Assembly (NCBI GenBank): GCA_044892505.1
Contig: CM097882.1
Span: 433,318,001 to 433,382,000 of the forward strand
Source: Schmidtea nova
Taxonomy: Eukaryota
Direction: 5' to 3'
Length of the DNA: 64,000 nt
Each line of letters starts with the position of its first letter. Positions within the stretch are counted from its first letter, which is position 1. The notes beneath the pieces were generated by a model. That model was not told where the DNA came from. It was given only the letters and a program-made list of their open reading frames with translations, and ran no database searches. Made by a program: the position numbers and the translations under genes. Positions 53,849 to 64,000 of this stretch are shown here, one piece after another.

Positions 53849-56800
53849 AGTTTCTTTACATTACTAAAAGCATTCATTACATAAGTAATACATGTTGGTC
53901 ACTTTGTTCTTATTATTCCATAAAAATAATTTTTAAAGGTCCTCGAGGATAATATATTATTAATTTTTAAATTAAACATTTCAAATGCAAAATATTAAAA
54001 CTTTACCAAGCACTTTGCGGTCAAAACCTTACTGTCAAAATATATGCAAAAACGTTGTTTAAGAATTATAAACAACCAGGAATTAAGAACCACCATTACC
54101 ATTTTCAAATTTGAGAAATGTCTGATTTTTGACTCGGATAATCAAAACCAAAACTATAATAAAATCATTTTTTTAAAATAAAATAAAAATAATATTTGCA
54201 TCTAAAATTTGTTGTCATTATTAGAAAGCAATTTGCTTAAGAATAATAAGTAAACAAAAATTATGTAACTGTTATTGGTTTGAACTTTAGGAGACCTTTA
54301 TGGCCAAATATGCACTTTTAAATAGCCATCAATGTTGCTTGTATTGGGATATTAAAAAAACCTTAAAATTCCTAAATATTTTCTTAAGTTTTCGCCACAT
54401 AGAGATTGGGAGTCACTGCGCTAACGAAACAATTCTGCATTGTAATGTCGTTATTAGAAGATTGTGATCCTTTAAAAAACATGACTAAAATCACTTTAGT
54501 AAAATCACATTCTAAATTTTTACAAAAGATTTCAACTTCTAATTTGAAATTAAGTTTAGCAGAATTCATACTCCAAGAAACTTTTTTAAAACTCTAATAA
54601 TATCCATATTTCAAGGTAACTGTGGTTTTCGCCACTAACAGGGCATCATAATGCAATTCTACATACTCTTTATTGTAATATGTCCCTCAAATTCATATCA
54701 TCATGCACCATGTTGGGTTATTTCCTTTCAGTTGGTTTCTTCTCTGACTCCTCGTGCTCCTATAATTACAAATCATCAAAACCCAACACAATAAATTTTA
54801 TTGAATTCCACAATTTACAAACGATAAATAAATACAATTTAAAATTTCTTTAAACACTCCGCACTCTTCTTCATTCCAGGGATAGTGGTAAGTCTACTAA
54901 GGGTAGATTGCTCTTTCTGATACGCTTTTGATTTGTTAATATTAGATTCCTAATAATTGCACTTTTCTCACTTACCAAATGTGTCGTACACCCGAATAAT
55001 TTTTGATTCGACCAAACTGGCGATTTACTGTAGTTTTGCTTTTCCTTTTATAGTAATTTTATTGCGTCACCATATCAATTAAATTTCTAGAATCTGGACA
55101 TAATATAATTATCTTTTTTTAAAATTAAATTTTCGCAGAATTGAGATGAATTTTGTCTCTAATAACTCAATTATTTTGGCCTGCGACTACGTTAATTAGA
55201 TTTTATGTCGGGTTTTCCTTTTGTTCCGGTTTCCCATTGACTCGAGTTTTCTACACAACTAATAAATTATTCAATAATTTTTATTTATTGAATATCTTTT
55301 TCTAGGGAAGCACCATTGATATTTTATTATCATATTCGTACTCGTCTCTCCATTTACCGTCCGTACATACCAATTTTGCCCACGATATGTCAATTTTTAA
55401 TTTTTCTCAATTTTTCTCAGTCATTTTATTGATTTTACCATTATAATCTAGCACTATCGTCTCATGTTGCACAACTTGAGACGAACCTCTAAAATAATAA
55501 CCTTATTTTTAGCAAAAGTAATAACTTCTTAAAACTTCCCAATATTTTTTAATAATTGTCCATCGTTGAAATTAAACGAATCACTTTTTATATTGGCCAA
55601 TAGTCTTAATATTCCTTGATCTGACTAATGATAGAAATCAAATAATTGATCTGGCGTGCGGATTTTAAATGCTTTATATTTTCATCTTTGCACGTTCCAT
55701 ATTTTTTGTAATATTTATGTAACACCAACACGAGGGTTTCTGATTAAATTGAGATTAAACTAGATGCCACCAAGACTAATTTTCATGAATTAACTATTCA
55801 GTTATTTAATCGCATACCAGATCACTTATCTGATTTCTGTCATTAGTGAGATCAAGGAATATTAGGACTATCAGCCAATTTAAATCAATATTTTCCGCGG
55901 AAAAAGGGTATTGGCCGAGAGAAAATAAAATAATAAAGACGAATATAATAATTAAAGATTGATGGATGGTTCCTAGGTAAAGGTCTTAATAAAAAAATAA
56001 ACTAATTAATTAATTATTGAAAAGTATGTTGATAATACCAAATGTGGTAGTCACAGTCGCAGCCTATCAGGTTGAGACTCAATAGCGGATAATAATATTT
56101 TCTTTAGTGCTCGGTAACAACGGTTGGGAGAAGATCAATAATTGAAAGCTTTGGTGAATCGTTGATAAAGCAGCCATCTTTGAGTAAATCCTGGTAATTT
56201 TTGGGATTGTTAAAGATTTTTTTACCCAACCTGTATAAGAGCGGGAACAATAACCAAACCAGTAGAGAGAAAATCTTATTATGAAAAGCGATAAAAATTT
56301 TAGACAAACTAAAAAGAATTGAAGAGAAAAGTTATTGTCAAAATATTTGAGTGAAATTTGAAAATTGTATTAAAAATGTATTGAATTGTATTGTATATGG
56401 CTTAGCCATGTATTTGAACTATAACCATTCTATGAAAATAGTTTCGATGTTTGAATCATTTTAATGATTTACGTGTTGGCAATAAATCTTTTGTAGACGA
56501 CGTGTTTTACTGTCGGGAAAGCGTACAAATTCGAGTAGTTTATACTGCGAGATTTTGAACTTCCTCCCCAGCTGACGCGATGATTTGAATCTTTATGATT
56601 CATTCGTTGCGGATCTTACTAACTATGAATTTCTAGATTGATATTCATTATTACTAATTGTTTTGTATTGAAATTGAAAATTGCATTAACGATTCAAATT
56701 TCCCTTGACAATATCACCTTTGGTAAACTAAGTCTTCTTTCTGTATGTTACAAATTAATGAGAAATGACATGTTTATTGTAAGGGGAAATCATTGCAGTA

Positions 56801-57225
56801 GATCATTTTCCAATGTGCCTGGCCGCCTCAGATACTATCCACTTTGGAGGAAATCATATCAAAAGAGTAAATGTATAATAAAAACTTTATGAAATATTTT
56901 CATACATTTTTATTTTAAGACAATTGATTAAAATATTTTTTCCCCAATCAATTTTTGGCACTGCTTTATCAAGAGCAGTGCCGGAAATTAGTGTTGTTTA
57001 GGAAATTATATTAATCTTTTATGTTTTAACTGAAAATATACAAATTGCAAAAAATATGACAAAAATCAAAGTTAATAATGTTAATGAAATAGATTATGGT
57101 GATATTTATGAATGTCAAAAACAGTTTGCTTAAATTACAGAAATGGTTGAACTCCCTTGCAACATTTCCAACTTTCCAAACCCATAAGTTAAAATTACTA
57201 ATTTGGATGTAGCTTATTCTTGAGG

Positions 57226-57505
57226 CTGATAAATCATTGTTAGAGAAACCTATAGCTAATGAAACTGGAAGCTTTTTTTCTTATCAATGGTCCTGAAATA
57301 ATGAAGAAGCTAGTGGAAGTGATTCAAATTTAAGAAAAGCTTTTGAAGAAGCAGTAAAAAATTGTCCTGATTCTATTTGTGTTAATGAAATTGAGAAAAC
57401 CTTCAAGGTGAAGTCGAACAAAGAATTGTTCTACAGCTTTAAATATTTATAGATGTTTTAAAAACAAAGATCTCACATGGTTATAACGCCAGCAACTAAT
57501 AGACT
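57226..57505 (+). pseudogene. VCP: Decayed intronless fragment of VCP/p97/CDC48 D1 AAA domain
   Basis: Across frameshifts it reads [82 protein letters not shown]. VCP has [85 protein letters not shown]. Confidence 0.85.
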
Positions 57506-57889
57506 TACTGTATAAATTATTCTTTTAGAAAATTCGATATTGGAATTTGTAACTCAATTTTAGAACTCAAAATTTTGCAAATAAATAATAAATATTTAAA
57601 ATTAAATTTTATTCCTGCAAAAGTAGGAATAAAATTTGATAATCTCAAGACTTTACAAACATTATTAAGCCCGTCACTGTGGTAAGTTACCGAACTCACT
57701 CAAAGTACAACAATTCTAATTCAAGAAAGACGATTAAAAGATATGAAATTAAATCTTAATGAAAGTTAAATTAAGATGTTTTCAACGTTTTTCTGCTAGA
57801 CTTTAATATTAAATTAATTCAAACCGCCTCAAGCATCTGTTTTAATAAGACTCAATTCCAATAACATTAATCTTATTATAATAATTGGT

Positions 57890-57893
<4 letters not shown>

Positions 57894-57924
<31 letters not shown>
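57894..57924. repeat. (TA)n microsatellite, possibly at the 5' end of the downstream Helitron
   Basis: Direct reading; followed by TGTGTATATGTCTG. The Helitron 5' end assignment is only a guess. Confidence 0.85.
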
Positions 57925-57928
<4 letters not shown>

Positions 57929-58240
57929 ATATGTCTGTAAACTCTTCACAGCAGAGCTGATTTTGAGAAAAAAAAACAAAAACAACATATTATCATAACT
58001 GTCAGATTCAGAATGACGTTAAATAAATTAATGCATGTTTTTACTCTATGTATTAATGATGGTTAATTAAAAATAACAAAAATTTAATAGAAAGTGTCGT
58101 AAGTATATCTAATTAATATAATCTATTATAATAATTTTATAAATTTATAAATTTATATATTAATATAGTATTATAGTAAACTTTTCACGTATATTGATAT
58201 CAAATATATTTTATTTTAGATTCAAATCATAATTTTTATA

Positions 58241-60720
58241 GGCTTGTATTTATTGGGTCAGTTTTTTTTTACATTTTTGGTCAGTATTTTAAATAAATGG
58301 TTAGTATTTATATTAAAATGTCAGTACGTAATACAAATGGTCAGTATTACAGCGATCAGTATAAAAACGATCAGTATTTTAATTAAAATGCAGATAGATA
58401 TATTAATTGGTCAGTATTATAAATAAATGGTCAGAAATTAAAATTATGTATCAGTATCTGCAAATATAAATGTCAGTAACAATAATTTTAAATAAAATTT
58501 AAAAAAACCTCATTTGGAATTTTATACTTATGTCTTATTTTTATTATTATAATTAATTTTTATAAAAAGCTATATTGTCTCATTGATAGTTTAAATTAAA
58601 ATATATTTTATAAGAAATTTATTGAAAATTCTAGTAATGTGGTTTAATGTATAGGAGTCATTATTTTTCTTGTTGCAAATTTCAGAATTTTGTAAATTTA
58701 AATAATTTCTTTTTTATATGCACTAAGAATATTATTTTAATGAAGTAGCCAGTTTTGATTGCTATATTCTGAAAATAATCGCAGACTTTTGTCAAAATTA
58801 CGCATTTTATAACAAAATCAGTGAATTGACATTAGTCAATTTGTCCGCTGTGTTACTCGAATGTGTAATGTTATTTAAATATTAAATCATCTCCGTTTAA
58901 GATAAAATTAAAAAAAATAACATAATTAAAATATATATTATAAATTCAAGTCTCCAACTTATTTTATACTAATATATTTGTTGTTCTTGATTATTAATGA
59001 TGATTGTTTTATTTGTTTATTTCTGAAAAACCATTTTTGTTTATTATTTGTTTGTTTGAAATTTAAAATAATTGAAGGTTCAAAATGGCATCAAATATAG
59101 ACGAATATCTATCATCAGATGATGAAGAAATAAATGAGATTTTAACTATTAAAACTCGTAGGACAAAAATACAACACAAATGGAATATGGTTTCAACATT
59201 TAATAGCAAAGAAGATGCTATGATTGTTATAAATTCAGAAGAAATTTGGAGTTTCCATTATCGGAATAATACGGCTGATGGAGGTAAAGCTTATTAAAAA
59301 AAAAGCAGATTTTCAATTTATTTTTGAAACAATTAAGAAAATAAATGAAGAAATTGAATATTTAATATCAGATGCATCAAATGCCATTCGTAATGCATTC
59401 ATCGCAGTATTTGGTGTGAATAAACGTTTAATTATGTGTTGGGCTCATATGCGACGCAATGTTACGAAAAAAGTTGAGTCTCTTGTTGAAAAAAGCATGA
59501 GAAAGGAAATAATAGATGACATCGATACATTACAGTTAGCTTCAAGCAAGCAAATATTTGATAAAGCATTACCATTGTTTATCAAGAAATGGCTTCAGAA
59601 AAGCCAAACTGAGTTTATTAACTACATGAAACTTCAATGGTTTACAACACATCAATATTGGTACGAAGGTGCTGCACAATACACGCCTTCTACGAACAAC
59701 TCATTGGAATCTTTCAATTTAGTGGTAAAAAAAGAAGAAACATTTCGTGAACGACTACCACTCTCAAGATTTCTTGAATTAATCAATAAATCTGTAGCAA
59801 AGTGGTCAAACGAATATTCATCCAACAGTCGAATATTCAATACTTCAACTACAATTGAATTGTCCCAATGGACAAAAGGATATCAATGGGCAAAAACTAA
59901 TGTAAACGTCTCATCAGCAATTTCTAACGATTCAATACAATATTTTTGTCCATCAAATCAGCAATGTAAGGCATCAGAAGAGGAAGCAGCATATGTATTG
60001 GAAATGCGTTGGAAAACATTTGATCAATTCAAACGTAAAGGTTTCAAAGTTTGGATTATAAATCTGCCAAAAGAAGCAGAAAACTGGATGCATGGTTGCT
60101 GTACTTGTCCAGAATTCTTAAAGAAATTTATATGTTTTCATATAATAGGTTTAGCTATTCGCTTAAAATATATTAAACCTCCTCCAGCAGCTAAACAAAT
60201 ACCAATAGGGCAAAAACGTTCGAGGGGAAGGCCAAAATTAGCAACGCGTGCGCTTTTAATTGATTAAAAAAATTTATTTATATTATAAAAATAAATACTA
60301 TCATATTTTTTTATGTTATATTTTAAGGTATTAAATTTTTTCTAAAAAAAATAACTGCTCTTTTATTGTTTATACAGACCAAAAATTTTAAATTAACTTA
60401 CCAAAAAAGAAAATTATACTGTCCAATACACAAAAATATACTGACACTTAATTATTTATACCGACCAAAATATTATTTTATACTGATATTTTATTTAATA
60501 AAATACCGACCAATTATTAAAAAAAATACTGACCAAATAAATAAACCCCATTTGGCTTGTATTTATTGGGTATTTATTTGGCTTGTATTTATTTGGCTTG
60601 TATTTATTTGGCTTGTATTTATTTATTTATACCGACCAAAATATTATTTTATACTGATATTTTATTTAATAAAATACCGACCAATTATTAAAAAAAATAC
60701 TGACCAAATAAATAAACCCC
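58241..60720 (+). mobile_element. Mutator-like element (MULE), internally deleted
   Basis: Perfect 9-bp TSD ATTTTTATA (58232-58240, 60721-60729); GG...CC ends; imperfect TIRs built of GGTCAGTAT / ATACTGACC subrepeats. Confidence 0.88.
59085..60267 (+). pseudogene. MULE transposase with SWIM finger and AT-hook, N- and C-halves joined out of frame
   Basis: YLISDASNAIRNAF..LIMCWAHMRRNV (second Asp and CxxH), STNNSLESFN (catalytic Glu), CTCPEFLKKFICFH (SWIM) and KRSRGRPK. The first-Asp region is missing and the frame breaks at ~59295. Confidence 0.85.
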
Positions 60721-60735
60721 ATTTTTATATCCGTC

Positions 60736-63700
60736 ATGGAAAAAAATATTATGGATATTAAACAGGAGAAGCGAAGAGAATATATGGAAAAATATCAGAG
60801 AAGAAGACGAGAACAAGAAACTGCTGCGCAGAGAAACGTGAGGCTAGAAATGGATTCAGATAGAAAAAGTGTAAGACGGTCACAAGAAACTCCGGAGGAT
60901 CGGCACCAAAGGCTGGAAAATTTATCACAAGCCCAACGTGCACGGTTGGCACAAGAAACGCCAGAAGAACGGCAAGAGCGTTTACAGATTAAGACTCAAA
61001 ATCGACGTACACAATTAATTCAGGAAACTCAAGAAGATAGAGAAAGGAGATTAAGAGCCCTTTCTCAAAAGCAACGTACACGATTGAGTCAGGAAATTCT
61101 AGAAGACCGAGAAAGGAGATTAAGAGCCCTTTCTCAAAATCACCGTCAAAGGTTGGCGCAAGAAACGGAGGAAGCAAGGTTTCAAAGATTAAACACTCTC
61201 TCAGAAAATAGGCGGAGAAGACGAGATGAATATTTTAGGGGTCAAATGTCAATATTGCCTGAATCAATTGCTGCACACAATTGTGGTCCTCTAGAAAATG
61301 TTTGTGGGTTCTGTAGGGCTAAATTTTTTGCTGCCGAAAGAACATCTTCCGGTCAATTTACACAATGTTGCAACAAAGGTAAAATAAAATTAGAGCCTAT
61401 CAGGAAAAATAACATGTTAGAAGAACTGATGAAAGGAACTCACAGGCATTCTAAAAATTTTAAAGAGAACATCAGGTCCATAAATAGCTCTCTTGCGTTT
61501 GCTTCTTTTGGGGCAAATATAGCACCTCCGCCGGGATCTGGACCATACTGTTTCCGGATACATGGATCAATTTACCACAGAACGGGAGCATTGCATCCGG
61601 TAGATGGAGAAAACCGACAATATGCCCAACTATATGTCTTAGACCCACAGGAAGCAGCATCAGAGCGAATGCGAAGAGAGCCAAATTTTGGAATTAACGA
61701 AGATCTTATGAATATGTTGAGCCAATTGATAAGTGATATCAATCCTTTTTCCGAAGCTTACAAGATGTTGTATGAAGTGGAAAAAGAATCATTGAGGGAC
61801 CAGAATTTGCAGGAACCACCAAAAGTAACAATGGCCATTATCCAAGATCGAAAAGATGATCGTAGAAGATACAACGCTCCAAATCAAAATGAAGTGGCAA
61901 TTATTTTTCAAAATTCTGACAGTGAACCTCCTTTAAATAGAGATATTTTAATTCATTGCAGGTCTAATGCAGCTGACCAAAATTCGAAAATATGTGAAAG
62001 GATTAGTGTTCTTGATCCGAACCTGGAACCAATGGTATATCCTTTATTTTTTCCATACGGAGAACAAAGTTGGGGCATTGACATTCCACTACAAAATAGA
62101 CCAGCCTCTTTGCCAGCGCGTGTATCTCGAAATCCCAGGGTACGAGTTACACAAATGCAGTTTTACAGTTATATATTATCAATTCGTGACGAGTTGAACC
62201 CGTTTTTAAATGGAGGCAAGCTTACTCAACAATATTTTGTTGACGCCTACGTTAAAACAGAAGCTAATCGTATAAACTTCATCAAGCAGAATCAATCTTC
62301 TTTGCGAATAGAAAAGTATAAAGGATTATTAGACTATTGGCAACAACTGGATACTAAGTTACCGGGTATTCCTATAATTTTACCTTCTTCTTTTCACGGT
62401 AGCCCCAGAAATATGCACCAAAATTACCAAGACGCTATGGCTATTGTAAGGAAATACGGTGCGCCAGATTTGTTCATAACCATGACGTGTAATCCTAAAT
62501 GGGAAGAAATAACAAGCAATCTGTCTGCAGGTCAAACTGCAGAATTTCGACCAGATTTAGTGGCAAGAGTTTTTAATATTAAACTTAACAATTTACTAAT
62601 TGAAATTTGTAAAGATAAAATATTTGGTATTATAGTTGGCAAAGTACATGTCATAGAATTTCAAAAAAGAGGCCTGCCTCACGCCCATATTTTACTTATT
62701 TTAAAGCCTGAGAGTAAACCAACAACTGCAGAACATGTTGATAAAATTGTTTCGGCTGAAATTCCAAACAAAGATGCTCATCAAAGGTTGTATGAAATAG
62801 TAACTACCCACATGGTGCATGGTCCTTGCGGACAACTTAATTTAAATTCTCCGTATATGCTAAAAGGTAAATGCACTAAAGAATTTCCAAAAACGTATCG
62901 AGAAAATACATTGTACAATTTAAATGGGTTTCCAAATTATAGGCGGAGGGACGATGGGTATAAAATAGTTAAAAATGGTAAAGAAATTGACAATAGATGG
63001 ATTGTGCCATACAATCCATATCTTTCAATTAAATACAATTGTCATATAAACGTAGAGGTATGTGCTTCAATAAAAAGCGTTAAGTACCTATTCAAGTATG
63101 TATATAAAGGTCATGATTGCGCCAATATTGAAATTAATCAATATGACGAAGTCAAGACTTACCTTGACACTAGGTATATTAGCGCCCCAGAAGCTGCCTG
63201 GCGTTTATTTGGATTTAAAATGCACAACAAGTCACATACTATAACTAGACTAGGAGTCCATTTGCCTGATGAACAAACCGTGGTATTTCGCCCTGATGCA
63301 ATTGGGCAAGCTATCCAAAATAGAAAGGATACCACACTGGACGCTTGGTTCAAATTAAATCAAAACGATCTTTTTGCCCAAAATTGTTTTTATTCTGACA
63401 TTCCACAGCATTATGTTTTCGATGGCAAAAATCGTATTTGGAAACACAGACAACGTGGTGGTGAGTTTACTATTGGACGCATGTACACAGTTAACATGTC
63501 GTCTGACATTGGACGATATTGTCTACGTTTGCTGCTACTCCATGTCAAAGGTGCTACGTCATTCGAGCACCTTAAAACTGTTAACGATGTTCTTTGTGAT
63601 AGTTTCCAAGAAGCAGCTAGACAATTGGGATTAATAAACAATGAGGCAATTTGGGAAAAAACTTTAGAGGAGGCAGCACTAACTAATATGCCCAAACAAT

Positions 63701-64000
63701 TAAGAGAATTGTTTGTTTACATTTGTGTTTTTGCCCAACCAGCTAATCTAAATAATCTTTTTGATAAATTTAGACAAGAAATGATGGAAGATTTTGTGTA
63801 CCGTCATAAGTGTTCTTCAACTGCAAATTGCCAAGTATGTTTAAATTTATGTTTAATAGAAATCAATAATACTTTTTCCAATCATGGAAAAAAATGTTCT
63901 GATTTTAATTTACCAAGTCCTCCAGCAAATATACCAGTAAATGACCACGATCTCTTCGACTGTGTTAAACAACGCGAGCAAGCAGAAGATATGAAGCAAC
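60736..64000 (+). CDS. Helitron Rep/helicase (RepHel) ORF, uninterrupted to the window end
   Basis: I read 1088 codons from ATG 60736 with no stop. It contains six 23-aa STPR-like repeats, a CGFC..CC zinc finger, FRIHGSIYH, PDLFITMTCNPKW (Rep motif 1), VIEFQKRGLPHAHIL (HUH, 62680-62688), GFPNYRRR and KYLFKYVYKG (63082-63111). The helicase domain would lie beyond the window. Confidence 0.96.
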   Translation, partial: MEKNIMDIKQEKRREYMEKYQRRRREQETAAQRNVRLEMDSDRKSVRRSQETPEDRHQRLENLSQAQRARLAQETPEERQERLQIKTQNRRTQLIQETQEDRERRLRALSQKQRTRLSQEILEDRERRLRALSQNHRQRLAQETEEARFQRLNTLSENRRRRRDEYFRGQMSILPESIAAHNCGPLENVCGFCRAKFFAAERTSSGQFTQCCNKGKIKLEPIRKNNMLEELMKGTHRHSKNFKENIRSINSSLAFASFGANIAPPPGSGPYCFRIHGSIYHRTGALHPVDGENRQYAQLYVLDPQEAASERMRREPNFGINEDLMNMLSQLISDINPFSEAYKMLYEVEKESLRDQNLQEPPKVTMAIIQDRKDDRRRYNAPNQNEVAIIFQNSDSEPPLNRDILIHCRSNAADQNSKICERISVLDPNLEPMVYPLFFPYGEQSWGIDIPLQNRPASLPARVSRNPRVRVTQMQFYSYILSIRDELNPFLNGGKLTQQYFVDAYVKTEANRINFIKQNQSSLRIEKYKGLLDYWQQLDTKLPGIPIILPSSFHGSPRNMHQNYQDAMAIVRKYGAPDLFITMTCNPKWEEITSNLSAGQTAEFRPDLVARVFNIKLNNLLIEICKDKIFGIIVGKVHVIEFQKRGLPHAHILLILKPESKPTTAEHVDKIVSAEIPNKDAHQRLYEIVTTHMVHGPCGQLNLNSPYMLKGKCTKEFPKTYRENTLYNLNGFPNYRRRDDGYKIVKNGKEIDNRWIVPYNPYLSIKYNCHINVEVCASIKSVKYLFKYVYKGHDCANIEINQYDEVKTYLDTRYISAPEAAWRLFGFKMHNKSHTITRLGVHLPDEQTVVFRPDAIGQAIQNRKDTTLDAWFKLNQNDLFAQNCFYSDIPQHYVFDGKNRIWKHRQRGGEFTIGRMYTVNMSSDIGRYCLRLLLLHVKGATSFEHLKTVNDVLCDSFQEAARQLGLINNEAIWEKTLEEAALTNMPKQLRELFVYICVFAQPANLNNLFDKFRQEMMEDFVYRHKCSSTANCQVCLNLCLIEINNTFSNHGKKCSDFNLPSPPANIPVNDHDLFDCVKQREQAEDMKQ

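Noticed and set aside
60554-60620. Short tandem units here and at 3725-3774 as a CRISPR-like array
   Set aside because: Head-to-tail repeats without unique spacers in a eukaryotic context.
60366-60761. 131-aa ORF with internal repeats
   Set aside because: It is the translation of the duplicated MULE terminus.

Overview
AT-rich animal (metazoan) genomic DNA, not prokaryotic, with nine N-gaps. The species cannot be fixed from sequence alone. Introns are bimodal: about 44-66 bp, or multi-kb and filled with transposons. There are two host genes, both on the + strand. (1) A long coiled-coil gene with a PMFBP1-like C-terminus; exons run from 3012 to the stop at 33930, and the 5' end lies outside the window or is unresolved. 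(2) A DAPK1-like ankyrin-ROC-COR-death-domain gene (38376-53848) for which no kinase exons can be found. The rest is mobile DNA. This includes a complete 3.9-kb gag-pro-only Ty3/Gypsy LTR element (7184-11122, minus strand, 5-bp TSD), hAT/Buster, Tigger, mariner, IS630-like, Penelope, MULE and Helitron elements, and many MITEs and foldbacks. An uninterrupted Helitron Rep ORF of at least 1088 codons (60736 to the window end) is missing from the supplied ORF track. A decayed VCP/p97 fragment lies at about 57.2-57.5 kb. The top candidate for something new is the LTR element. Its Gag is preceded in frame by a 76-residue ubiquitin-like domain ending in RVLGG, which is itself in frame with an LTR-initiated hydrophobic/Ser-Thr-rich/Ig-like leader. 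Gag ends in an intact -1 frameshift signal leading only to a Thr/Pro spacer and a protease.
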